Shown: one piece after another, positions 10,276 through 19,680 of the stretch
Position numbering within the stretch: the stretch's first letter is position 1
Layout: each line of letters begins with the position of its first letter
Origin: an uncultured Ruminococcus sp.
GTDB taxonomy: Bacteria > Bacillota > Clostridia > Oscillospirales > Ruminococcaceae
Assembly (NCBI GenBank): GCA_947174365.1
Contig: CAMWIR010000001.1
Location: 9,100-73,099 of the forward strand
Length of the DNA: 64,000 bases
Direction: 5' to 3'
Notes under the pieces: generated by a model
What the model saw: the letters and a program-made list of their open reading frames with translations, nothing else
The model's database searches: none
What the model was told of the DNA's origin: nothing
Made by a program: the position numbers and the translations under genes

Positions 10276-10327
10276 ATGTAAGCTTTTTTATAACCGAAAC
10301 GTACGTACTTTAGGTAAGAAATTTCAA

Positions 10328-10380
10328 AAGCAAGAGGCAAGAATAGAGCGTGGAAATGCTCCTGTTCTTGCTTTTTTCTT
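10328..10380. repeat. Family B hairpin element (copy 2), downstream of rpmB
   Basis: AAGCAAGAGGCAAGAATAGAGC...GCTCCTGTTCTTGCTTTTTTCTT. Confidence 0.65.
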
Positions 10381-10636
10381 TTTTGTACGCTGAATCTTGT
10401 GTTGACTTTATTCTAAGCTGCAAAATTTTACCCGAAAATATATTGCAGAAATTCGGCAAGAAATACCTTTCCTGCTTTTTGTTTCCGATAGTGAAAATTC
10501 ACAGTGAACGGGGCATAATTTTGTGGGAAAAGATAACGGCATTTTCTTGAAATAAAAGGTGAAATGTGGTATAATAACTATATATAGCCTTTGGCATATT
10601 ATATGCCGCTTCGGACGGCACGAAAGGAACGGACAA

Positions 10637-11338
10637 ATGAACATTGTAAATAAAGTCAAGGTAACTATCTGCGGCAAGGATTACAGTCTGCAAACGGACG
10701 AGACCCCCGAATACATATCTGCGCTGGCGGCAGAAACCGAAAAGCAGATATTCGATCTTATCAAACTGAAGCCCGGCTTCGGCATTCAGAATGCGTCTGT
10801 GTTCGTGGCGCTGACCGCTCTTGACGAGGCGCACAAGGCAGAGAGCAATATCGAAAATATCCGCGCTCAGATAAAAAGCAGCGTAAGCGAGGCGGGCAAG
10901 GCAAGGGCTGCCAAGGAAAAGCTGGCGGCTAAGGTAAAGGACCTGGAGAGCCGCATTGCCGAGCTGGAAAAGGAAAACAAGGAGCTTAAAAAGCGCACTG
11001 CATTCGACTGCGAGCAACTGGTATTGGAAAACACCGTTACTCCCGCTGTGACCGTTTATGCGGGAAATGATACGAGGGATAAGTCAGAGGGCGGCGCTGC
11101 TTCGGAAAATGCCGGAAACAATGCTGCCGATGTTAAAAATCCCGACAGCGTTAATAATGAAAATGCCGGCAATAGCGCCGACAACGGCAATGCAGACAAT
11201 ACAGACGTCAAATCTTCTGCTTCCGCAAAAACTCCCGAGGAAAGCAACCGGGAACAAGACCAAACCTTGTCGTCGGGGAACAGCTCCGGCGACTGTGTCA
11301 GTAGAGGCTCGGACGGAAAAGCAGGGGCAAAAAGGTAA
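10637..11338 (+). CDS. zapA: ZapA-family cell division protein with coiled coil and low-complexity C-terminal tail
   Basis: NKVKVTICGKDYSL...YISALA...ASVFVALTALDE, followed by a coiled coil and an Asn/Ala/Ser-rich tail. Confidence 0.75.
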   Translation: MNIVNKVKVTICGKDYSLQTDETPEYISALAAETEKQIFDLIKLKPGFGIQNASVFVALTALDEAHKAESNIENIRAQIKSSVSEAGKARAAKEKLAAKVKDLESRIAELEKENKELKKRTAFDCEQLVLENTVTPAVTVYAGNDTRDKSEGGAASENAGNNAADVKNPDSVNNENAGNSADNGNADNTDVKSSASAKTPEESNREQDQTLSSGNSSGDCVSRGSDGKAGAKR

Positions 11339-11553
11339 AAAGAGCAAGGGGAAAAAGGGCGGCTCCTCCGTTAAGTTGGGTGAGTCCACAAAACTGATAA
11401 CCCCCTCGGAAAAGCCTCGCAAGACAATGGTTCTCTCCGAGGCGGAGGAACAGCGGCTGCGGGTAATGGCGATAGTTCATAAAATGATAACCTGAAAAAA
11501 GGCTTAAATCCTCCGCATAAAATGCAGGACACAAAAGGAAATGATTTGTTGAT

Positions 11554-13785
11554 ATGGGTCTACCGGAAATTCTCGCTCCCGCAGGGGGCATGGAAAGCGT
11601 TTACGCCGCAGTGCGCTGCGGTGCCCACGGCGTTTATATAGGGGGCAGCGAATTTTCCGCCAGGGCGGGGGCGGAAAATTTTTCGGAGGATATGCTGTAT
11701 GAAGCGGCAAGGTACTGTCATCTTCACGGGGTGAAAATTTACCGTGCCATGAACACGGTGATTTTCGACCGCGAGCGGGAAAGCTTTCGGGAGCAGGTGA
11801 TAATTACCGCTAAGGCGGGCTTTGATGGCTTGATAATACAGGATCTCGGGGGGCTTGCCATTGCGAAAAAAGCCGTGCCAAATATGCCCTTTCATGCCTC
11901 AACGCAGATGACGATACACACCCCCTTGGGTGCGAAGGAAGCAGCTAAGATAGGCTTTTGCAGGGTAGTGCCCGCCAGGGAGCTGACCCTCGGGGGTATT
12001 GCGGAAATTTGCAGGGCAATGGAAGAGGTAAACTGCGAAACGGAGGTTTTCGTTCACGGGGCGCATTGTATGTGCCTTTCGGGGCAGTGCTACATGAGCA
12101 GCGCCATAGGCGGCCGCAGTGCAAACAGGGGACGGTGTGCTCAGAGCTGCCGTTTGCCAATATCTGCCATCGGTGATGTTGGCGTTGCCTGCGTTGCCGG
12201 CAGCGCCGCTAAATGCAGCGGAAAAAAGGTTGAACGGTATGACCTGTCGCTGAAAGATATGTCCCTGGTGGAGCATTCGGAAGAGCTTGCGGCGGCAGGG
12301 GTGGATTCCTTTAAGATAGAGGGACGTATGAAGCGCCCCGAATATGTGGCGGCGGCGGTGACGGCACTGCGGCACGCTCTTTACGGCAGCGAAAATAAGA
12401 ACGCCGACTTTCGGCACAGTCGGCGCGATAAGTGCGATAAGCAAGATATGCGGAGGCTGGAGGCTGTATTTTCCCGAAGCGGCTTTACGGACGGCTATCT
12501 TACGGGCAAAATAGGCAGGGAAATGTTCGGCAGCCGCACAAAAGAAAATGTAACGGCGGCGGGAGACGTTCTGGGAGAGCTTGCCGCTCTTTACGCCGAT
12601 GAGGTAAGGGATGCAGAGTTGGACTTTGCTCTTACGGTGCACGAGGGAACGGCTGTGCGGCTTGATTTTCACTGCAAAAACGACAGAGGCGGGGAAGTAT
12701 CGGGCGGCAATGTATCGGGTATTGTGACCGGGGATATCCCCGAAAAAGCGCAGCGGCGGGAATTTACGGAAGCGGACGGGGTCAAAAATCTCTCGAAGCT
12801 CGGGGGGACGCGGTACCGGCTCGGGAAAATTTCCTGCGATATTTCCCCGGGGCTTGCTCTTTCCGCTGCCTGTGTGAACGACCTGCGCCGCAGGGCTTGC
12901 GAATTGGCGGACAGTCTGACTGTTCAAAAAAATACTCCCGTGTATGAGATAAACGAGGATATTTCAGCAGATGTTCACAAAAATACGGCGGAAATACCGA
13001 AAGATACAGAAGAAATTAAATTCCGCATAATTACCCACAGCGCAGAGACAGCCATTGCAATGGCGAAAAAAGATGACGTTGAATTTGCAATATTGCCCGT
13101 TTCGGAATGCGAAAAGGTTGAGGCTGCCGCTTTTGCAGGAAAGATAACAGTAAGCCTGCCCGATATTGTAACGGACGAAAGTGCGCTGATAAAGCGGTTG
13201 GGCGGTCTTTGCGAAAAAGGATATACTCATTTTTTCTGCAAGAATTTCACACACATGGGGGCGCTGAAAGCCCTTGGAAATGTGCATATCCACGGAGGCT
13301 GGGGAATGAACATTGCCAATGGTGACAGCCTTAAAATGCTGTACGAAATGGGCTTTGAGGACACTTGCCTTTCCTTTGAGATGAAAGCGGGACAGGTGAG
13401 ATATGCGGCGAAAAATTCCCCTGTTCCCGTGGGGATATATGCTTACGGCAGACTGCCGCTTATGGTTGTGAGGAACTGCCCCGTAAAGGCAGCGGTCGGT
13501 TGCAAGGACTGCAAAAGCGGCGGCGGCAGCAACGGCAGCAAGCTGACCGACAGGGACGGCAGGGTTTTCCCCGTGCACTGCGAGGGAGAATATGTTCGGA
13601 TACTCAACTGCGATATATTGCAGGTCTGCGATAAACTCGAAGATTTTGTGGGCGTTTCTTTCGGGCTGCTGGATTTTACGGATATGGATATTTCCGAGGC
13701 ACGGAAAGCCCTTGACGCTTGCATTTCCCGTGAAAAGTCCTGCGGGAGATTTACAAGGGGACTTTATTACAGGGGGATAATTTGA
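11554..13785 (+). CDS. Peptidase U32-family Fe-S hydroxylase (RlhA-like, long form)
   Basis: EILAPAG, GAHGVYIG, HASTQMTIH, EVFVHGAHCMCLSGQCYMS..IGGRSANRGRCAQSCR, FKIEGRMK. Confidence 0.9.
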   Translation: MGLPEILAPAGGMESVYAAVRCGAHGVYIGGSEFSARAGAENFSEDMLYEAARYCHLHGVKIYRAMNTVIFDRERESFREQVIITAKAGFDGLIIQDLGGLAIAKKAVPNMPFHASTQMTIHTPLGAKEAAKIGFCRVVPARELTLGGIAEICRAMEEVNCETEVFVHGAHCMCLSGQCYMSSAIGGRSANRGRCAQSCRLPISAIGDVGVACVAGSAAKCSGKKVERYDLSLKDMSLVEHSEELAAAGVDSFKIEGRMKRPEYVAAAVTALRHALYGSENKNADFRHSRRDKCDKQDMRRLEAVFSRSGFTDGYLTGKIGREMFGSRTKENVTAAGDVLGELAALYADEVRDAELDFALTVHEGTAVRLDFHCKNDRGGEVSGGNVSGIVTGDIPEKAQRREFTEADGVKNLSKLGGTRYRLGKISCDISPGLALSAACVNDLRRRACELADSLTVQKNTPVYEINEDISADVHKNTAEIPKDTEEIKFRIITHSAETAIAMAKKDDVEFAILPVSECEKVEAAAFAGKITVSLPDIVTDESALIKRLGGLCEKGYTHFFCKNFTHMGALKALGNVHIHGGWGMNIANGDSLKMLYEMGFEDTCLSFEMKAGQVRYAAKNSPVPVGIYAYGRLPLMVVRNCPVKAAVGCKDCKSGGGSNGSKLTDRDGRVFPVHCEGEYVRILNCDILQVCDKLEDFVGVSFGLLDFTDMDISEARKALDACISREKSCGRFTRGLYYRGII

Positions 13786-13903
13786 TTAATAATTAATAAT
13801 GAGCGGAACGGCGGGGGAGCAGTTGTATAGTGATAAGCAATTCTCAAAAATAAAATAAAAAGAAAGCAGATAAACCAACCTTAACATACAAAGAGGATTT
13901 CAA

Positions 13904-16279
13904 ATGAGTAAAGCGATCGACAACATCAGATTTATTATACTGATAATATTTACCCTTGCCCTTTTGTCTCTTGGGGCGGTGAGGATAATGAAGATACAGC
14001 TGGTGGACGGCAGCGCATACCTGGAGAAAAGCAAAAGCTCCCGAATTTACGAGCAGGTGATCTCTGCCCCGAGAGGCGAGATCGCCGACGCTGACGGCAA
14101 TTACCTTGTGGGCAACAAATCTGGCTTTAATGTTATGCTGGAAAAGGCCTTTTTCCCCGACGGCAACGAGGGGGCGAACAGGGTAATAGGCGAAACGGCG
14201 GGGCTGCTTGCAACGGAGGGGATAAGTCCGATAGACGAGCTTCCGATCACAAAGCCCGTGTCGGGCAATTCCCCCTTTGAATTTCTGCCCGATAGGGAAA
14301 GCGATATTGCAGTACTGCGGAAAAATATAGGCGTACAGGTCTACGGCACGGCGGAGGACTGCATTATTGCCATGTGCAGGCTTTACGGCATTGATGAAAG
14401 CTTGCCCGACAGCGAAAAGCGGCTTATTGCGGGGGTACGGTATACCATGGCGCTGCGGGACTTTTCCGTGACCAACCGCTACACCTTTGCGGAGGATATC
14501 CCAATGACCGCTGTGGTAAAGATAAAGGAAAAAAGCGATATCCTGGACGGGGTGGATATTTCCCAGGAGGCTGTGAGGGTAACTCATACGGGGGATGTTG
14601 TTCCTCATTTAATAGGCACTGTGGGAGCTATTTCCGCCGAGGAATACGAGAATCTGCGGGACAGCGGCTATGCCCTTAACGATACTCTCGGCAAGGGCGG
14701 CATTGAACGGGCTATGGAAAAAGTCCTGCGTGGGGAAAAGGGCGTTCGCCGTCTGGAAATTTCCGACGGGATAGTGGTGGGGGATGAGACTGCCAAAGAA
14801 GCAGTGCCCGGGAATACCATAAAGCTTACCGTTGACAGCAATTATCAGCGTAAGGTGCAGACTATTCTCGAAAATCATATTACATGGCTGAATAATCAGA
14901 CATCGGTAAACGCCAAGGGTGTGGAAGCAGACGCAGGGGCGATCGTTGTGCTTGACGCCAGAACAGGAGGGCTTTTGGCAGCCGCCACATATCCCACTTA
15001 TGATCTGAAGGATTACATTGCCGATTATCACGCTGTTGCCTCGGGGGAAAATGCGCCTCTTACAAACCGCGCCACTGCGGGAGAATACCGCCCCGGCTCG
15101 ACCTTTAAGACGGTGACAGCCACTGCTGCTCTTAACGAGGGGATAATTTCCCCCGACACCATTGTGAACTGCCAGAAATACTACACCTACTGGGAGGACT
15201 GGAAACCCTATCCCGAGTGCACGGGCTATCATAGCAGGCTAAATGCGGTGGGGGCTTTGCGGGAATCCTGCAATATCTTCTTTTACGAGGTAGGGCGGAT
15301 AATGGGCATTGACAGGATAAACGAATATGCCTCCCTTTACGGTCTGGGTGAGGAAATGGGGCTGGAAACGGGCAGGGGAGTGAAAAAAGGCTATGTTGCC
15401 TCTCCCGAGGTGTTCAAATCCTTACAGCTGGACTGGCAGGCGGGAAATGTTATCCAGGCGGCTATCGGTCAGTCGGACACGGCTGTTACTCCTTTGCAGA
15501 TGGCAGCTCAGGCCATGACCATAGGCAACAGGGGGGTGCGTTATCAAACTTATATGGTGGACAGCATTTACAGCTACAACATGGAGCGGCTCATTTCCAA
15601 GACCGAGCCTGTGAAAGCGGCTGTTATCGAGGATAAAACGGGCTACACCTTTTCCTCCGTAATAAAGGGAATGGAGGAGGCGGCAGCCTTTGAGCAATAT
15701 ACTCTTTATCCCCGAAACAAAGACTATTACACAGGAAATTATCTGCTGACGACGCTTCCCGAGACTGCCGCCATAAAAACGGGCACTCCCCAGAAGCTGA
15801 ACAAAAACGATACCCATTCCGCATTTATCGGATTTTATCCCTCGGACGACCCCGATATTGCCTTTGCGGCATATGTGGAAAAGGGGGAATGGTCGAAGTT
15901 TATGATAAAGGATATTATAAATGCCTATTACAATGAGGATTATTATATCCCGAAGCTCAGCGAAGCACATTCCGAGGCGGAAATGGCGGCAATGCTTGCG
16001 GATATGGAGGTACGCAACATTCCGAAGACACCCGAAAATGAGCCCGGTGATACAAATATAACTGTGAGAAGTGAGGTGGTGCCTGACGGGGCAGCACCGA
16101 ATGAGGACGGTCTTTCGGAGAATGCTTCGGAAGACTTCGATGAAGAGCCTTTGGAGGATAACGGGGACGACTACAGTGAAGATATGCTGAATGTTGATGA
16201 CGATTACGTCTGGCTGCCCGACGACAGCGAGATACTGGCAAGCATACTGAATGAAGAGCAGGAAGAAACGGAGGAATAG
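13904..16279 (+). CDS. Class B penicillin-binding protein (PBP2/MrdA-like) with acidic C-terminal tail
   Basis: N-terminal TM, APRGEI dimerisation motif, SxxK (PGSTFK), SCN and KTG motifs. Confidence 0.9.
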   Translation: MSKAIDNIRFIILIIFTLALLSLGAVRIMKIQLVDGSAYLEKSKSSRIYEQVISAPRGEIADADGNYLVGNKSGFNVMLEKAFFPDGNEGANRVIGETAGLLATEGISPIDELPITKPVSGNSPFEFLPDRESDIAVLRKNIGVQVYGTAEDCIIAMCRLYGIDESLPDSEKRLIAGVRYTMALRDFSVTNRYTFAEDIPMTAVVKIKEKSDILDGVDISQEAVRVTHTGDVVPHLIGTVGAISAEEYENLRDSGYALNDTLGKGGIERAMEKVLRGEKGVRRLEISDGIVVGDETAKEAVPGNTIKLTVDSNYQRKVQTILENHITWLNNQTSVNAKGVEADAGAIVVLDARTGGLLAAATYPTYDLKDYIADYHAVASGENAPLTNRATAGEYRPGSTFKTVTATAALNEGIISPDTIVNCQKYYTYWEDWKPYPECTGYHSRLNAVGALRESCNIFFYEVGRIMGIDRINEYASLYGLGEEMGLETGRGVKKGYVASPEVFKSLQLDWQAGNVIQAAIGQSDTAVTPLQMAAQAMTIGNRGVRYQTYMVDSIYSYNMERLISKTEPVKAAVIEDKTGYTFSSVIKGMEEAAAFEQYTLYPRNKDYYTGNYLLTTLPETAAIKTGTPQKLNKNDTHSAFIGFYPSDDPDIAFAAYVEKGEWSKFMIKDIINAYYNEDYYIPKLSEAHSEAEMAAMLADMEVRNIPKTPENEPGDTNITVRSEVVPDGAAPNEDGLSENASEDFDEEPLEDNGDDYSEDMLNVDDDYVWLPDDSEILASILNEEQEETEE

Positions 16280-16282
16280 CAA

Positions 16283-16996
16283 ATGCCCGAAATAACGCCC
16301 ATTGCGGTCACCCGGAATGATTTTGACGAGAAATTCGGCATACCAAGGCAGGCGGGGCTGTGCAGCAGTGTTTCAAGGATAGTTTTCCTGCCCGGATACC
16401 GTGATCCCGATTCGCTGAGAGGGCTGGAGGGCTTTTCCCACATCTGGCTGCTGTGGGAATTCGGAGAGGCGAAAATGCACGGCAAATGGTCGCCCACGGT
16501 GCGTCCTCCGAGGCTTGGAGGAAATAAGCGGGTGGGGGTGTTTGCCACACGCTCGCCCTTTCGTCCCAATTCCATAGGGCTTTCTTCGGTAAGGCTTCTG
16601 GAGATTCGTCACGGCACGCCCGATGGGTCTGTGCTATACGTATCGGGAGCGGATATGATGAACGGCACGAATATATATGACATAAAACCCTATCTTGCCT
16701 ACACCGATTCTCACCCCGAGGCGCTGTCGGGCTTTGCGCTGACGGAGGGAGGAAGGCTGTCTGTGGATATTCCCGAAGATATTGCAGGGCTGTTACCCGC
16801 GGACAAGCTGCAAGCCCTTAAAGAGATACTGTCACAAGATCCCCGTCCCCAGTATCAGAATGACTCTGCAAGAGTCTACACCATGGCATACGGGGGAATG
16901 GATGTGAGTTTTGTTGTTGAGGGGGGTTGTGTAAGGGTCACAGATGTTAAAGCAAAAATTAATTGCAAAATGCAAAAAATTTGTAAGCCGAAATAA
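16283..16996 (+). CDS. trmO: tRNA m6t6A37 methyltransferase TrmO/TsaA
   Basis: FGIPRQAGL, GLEGFSHIWLLWEF, TVRPPRLGGNKRVGVFATRSPFRPNSIGLS, DIKPY. Confidence 0.92.
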   Translation: MPEITPIAVTRNDFDEKFGIPRQAGLCSSVSRIVFLPGYRDPDSLRGLEGFSHIWLLWEFGEAKMHGKWSPTVRPPRLGGNKRVGVFATRSPFRPNSIGLSSVRLLEIRHGTPDGSVLYVSGADMMNGTNIYDIKPYLAYTDSHPEALSGFALTEGGRLSVDIPEDIAGLLPADKLQALKEILSQDPRPQYQNDSARVYTMAYGGMDVSFVVEGGCVRVTDVKAKINCKMQKICKPK

Positions 16997-17049
16997 TTTT
17001 GATTTACGCAAAAAAATCCGGCGCACAGCACCGAAAACGTTTTTTTCTG

Positions 17050-17077
17050 ACCTCTTACCTATAACATCTAACCTCTT
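17050..17077. repeat. Heptamer tandem element (family A, copy 2)
   Basis: ACCTCTT ACCTATA ACATCTA ACCTCTT. Confidence 0.7.
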
Positions 17078-17137
17078 AATGGGCAATGTACACAAAAATA
17101 CTCTCCAATATTTTTATATTTCAAACGTTTACGCCTC

Positions 17138-17166
17138 TTGACATTTCTTTCCGAGTATGATATACT
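17138..17166 (+). promoter_or_regulatory. Near-consensus extended -10 sigmaA promoter with no downstream ORF
   Basis: TTGACA-17-TATACT with TG extension. Confidence 0.7.
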
Positions 17167-17334
17167 TATACTTGCAACAAATTATTGATGCGGCCAACTA
17201 ATAGAACCTGACCGTGTTATGGCTTGCCGTGAATGTTACAATCTGTATAACTTCTTATTTGCAGTACATTTTGTATAAAAATCTGTACAAAATTTGTGCA
17301 AGTATACAAAATGTAAAAAGTTGCCTTACAGATA

Positions 17335-17363
17335 TTGACAAATCCGGAAAAATGAGTTATAAT
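17335..17363 (+). promoter_or_regulatory. Perfect-consensus sigmaA promoter of a candidate sRNA
   Basis: TTGACA aatccggaaaaatgagt TATAAT (17-nt spacer). Confidence 0.85.
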
Positions 17364-17368
17364 ATAAT

Positions 17369-17491
17369 TGATGTTAAGGTTCTTATATTCTATGTTAACA
17401 TCCGTTTTGTTGTCTCCTTTCTTTTGTTCTACACATAATGATTTTATGTGATTTGATTTTCTCGGCAGGGCTTAGTCCCTGCTATTTTTTT
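17369..17491 (+). ncRNA. Candidate ~120-nt trans-acting small RNA with anti-SD tract
   Basis: 5' stem GATGTTAA/TTAACATC, single-stranded GTCTCCTTTCTTTT, stem CACATAA/TTATGTG, terminator GCAGGG/CCCTGC plus T-run. No credible ORF. Confidence 0.65.
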
Positions 17492-17548
17492 GCTCTCTTA
17501 TAAGCCGGTTTTTTACGGTTAGTAAATTTCGGAAAATATTCAGTGATT

Positions 17549-17636
17549 AAACGCCGCTTGGGCTGTTTTCCCCTCATGCGCCGAGAAAGCAAAGCCGTTA
17601 CCTTGCGCATGAGGAGAGAAAAGCACAGCGGCGTTT
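17549..17636. repeat. 88-nt imperfect long hairpin
   Basis: AAACGCCGCT...TTTTCCCCTCATGCGC / GCGCATGAGGAGAGAAAA...AGCGGCGTTT. Confidence 0.75.
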
Positions 17637-17819
17637 GAGCATAAAATTATCCTTGTGCATTATCTCTTATATAACAGTGCACAGCACAAAATGCCTATAA
17701 ATCGCCGATTCTCGCTGTGTGTCCTATGGAATTCGGAGATTTGACGGGCTTTTCCCGGTTTGTGTCCTGTACATTTTTGCGTTTGGAGTGTTATAATAAG
17801 GTTGATGAAAGGAGGGCTG

Positions 17820-18383
17820 ATGATGGATCAGAAAAAAATCGGAGGATTTCTGAAAACGCTCAGAAAAGAAAAGCAGATGACTCAGGAGCAGCTGGCGGAA
17901 AAGCTGGGAGTGTCGAACAGGAGCGTTTCCCGGTGGGAGAACGGAGTCAATATGCCCGACTTCGATCTGGTCATTGAGCTTGCAAATTTGTATAACGTCA
18001 GTATCGATGAGATACTGGACGGCGAAAGGAGAATGGATATGATCGACAAGGAAACCGAGAAAACATTATTAAAGGTGGCTGAATACGAAAACAGCGGCAA
18101 TGAAAAATTTACAAAACAGCTTTGCGGGCTGTTTATCGGGGCTACGCTGTCCTTTGTGCTTTACGGCGTTCTGGAATTTATGGGGCTGGCGGATAAGCCC
18201 GGGTATTCGGCGCTGGCAAGCTATGCTATGGGGATAGTTTTTGGGGCGCTGCTAGTGGGGGTGCTGTATACGAGCCGTTATGGACGTAAAATTCAGGCGG
18301 CTAAGGCGAGATTTTTGGCAAGAATAAAAATGAGTGAGGGTGCGTCTCAAAAAAGTGCGGACGGATTTGGGGAGGAGGCTTGA
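17820..18383 (+). CDS. XRE-family HTH regulator with C-terminal membrane helices
   Basis: IGGFLKTLRKEKQMTQEQLAEKLGVSNRSVSRWENG, then two TM segments; RBS GAAAGGAGG. Confidence 0.9.
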   Translation: MMDQKKIGGFLKTLRKEKQMTQEQLAEKLGVSNRSVSRWENGVNMPDFDLVIELANLYNVSIDEILDGERRMDMIDKETEKTLLKVAEYENSGNEKFTKQLCGLFIGATLSFVLYGVLEFMGLADKPGYSALASYAMGIVFGALLVGVLYTSRYGRKIQAAKARFLARIKMSEGASQKSADGFGEEA

Positions 18384-18746
18384 GTCTCGGTTTATGGGGG
18401 GATATTGGGTCAAGGCAAAGCGGGCGCAGGTCTGCTTTGCCTTTTTGGGGTGTTTGCGGTTACATTTAATCATAGTATATGTACAGATGTACTCCGAAAA
18501 AATTGAGAGAAACGCTTTGACAAAAGGGCTGCTTTATGGTATCCTTATAATGTTGATACAGTGAGCAAAAAGCCGCAGTTGTCCGTAATAACAAAGGCAG
18601 TAACGGTATAAAAATCGGAGGGAAACGGAATCAAAGGATTTATGTATGAGTTGAAAGTTGTTGGAAAAATGGTTAGGCATATAGGCTTTTAGGAAATAAA
18701 ACCGAAAGCGGAGAGATGATTTGGGAGGTTTTTGAAAAACGCATAA

Positions 18747-19163
18747 ATGAAAATTATAGATTTAATAAAAATCTGTCCGTTTGAACAGGTTGCCGGTAAA
18801 CTAACTCTGCATTATAATCTAACAAACATAGATGAATTTAGGAAACTATATAGTAGATTAGAAAAAATGAAAATAAACGGCGAATTCGATTTTTATATTT
18901 ATATTTCAGCTTTCAAGGCGAGTGATACAGATGATGTATATGTAACCGATTTCGATGAGAATGATACCACATTGTATTATGATGTCAGTGGATATTACGG
19001 AAAATCCGATTCCACAATTTACTCTATTGCGTCATTCTCATTTTCGGATTTTATATCGTTTCAAATAGACGGGGATACACTATCAAAATACTCATATGAT
19101 ACTATTCTTGCACATTGTTTATATGAGATAACATATTATGGATTTGATGACACAGACAGATAA
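18747..19163 (+). CDS. AT-rich hypothetical protein (DUF6557-like)
   Basis: 138 aa, visibly AT-rich. C-terminal ILAHCLYEITYYGFD resembles a motif I recall from DUF6557 proteins. Confidence 0.65.
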   Translation: MKIIDLIKICPFEQVAGKLTLHYNLTNIDEFRKLYSRLEKMKINGEFDFYIYISAFKASDTDDVYVTDFDENDTTLYYDVSGYYGKSDSTIYSIASFSFSDFISFQIDGDTLSKYSYDTILAHCLYEITYYGFDDTDR

Positions 19164-19309
19164 AAATATCAACACATTTTTTAATATAGTATATGTACAT
19201 AGTGTGTAAACAAGCGTATATGCGCAGATCCTTTGTCGTTTGATTTTGTTTCGGGGAAAAAATATGCAGAAAAAATTTCCGAAAATTATACAAAATTTCT
19301 CAAAACCCC

Positions 19310-19338
19310 TTGACAAAGGGGATTTTTTGTGGTATGAT
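19310..19338 (+). promoter_or_regulatory. sigmaA promoter of the rpmG-secE-nusG-rplK-rplA cluster
   Basis: TTGACA-17-TATGAT, about 175 nt upstream of rpmG. Confidence 0.7.
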
Positions 19339-19515
19339 TAATATACCTCTTTTTGGGGCTTGTTTTTTTGTGCGCTTTTTTAAGGCAACAAAAATTCCCC
19401 GTGAAGCCTTTTACGGGCATTCGAGAGGGAGGCAAAACAGGGATTCTCTTAATGGAAAGTCCCTTAAAGTAAAGAGAAGCTGTGTTTTTCACAGCCATTA
19501 ACAGGAGGTGCCGAT

Positions 19516-19665
19516 ATGAGAGTAAAGGTAACACTTGCTTGCACAGAGTGCAAACAGCGCAATTACAACACTAAGAAGAACAAGAAGAACGACCCTGACA
19601 GACTGGAGATGAACAAGTTCTGCAAATTCTGCAAGAAGCATACCGTCCACAGGGAAACTAAGTAA
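19516..19665 (+). CDS. rpmG: 50S ribosomal protein L33 (Zn-ribbon form)
   Basis: Manual translation [49 protein letters not shown]. Below the ORF-track length cutoff. Confidence 0.97.
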   Translation: MRVKVTLACTECKQRNYNTKKNKKNDPDRLEMNKFCKFCKKHTVHRETK

Positions 19666-19680
19666 GGCGGAGGGACAAGA

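Noticed and set aside
8929-16996. Functional link between tRNA-Thr and trmO
   Set aside because: 7 kb apart with unrelated genes between; proximity is uninformative.
17214-17438. 74-aa ORF over the sRNA region
   Set aside because: No RBS, AT-rich, and it runs through the consensus promoter; the non-coding interpretation fits better.
19339-19515. rpmG leader as a riboswitch
   Set aside because: Only short stems (GCTGTG/CACAGC); no recognisable aptamer consensus.
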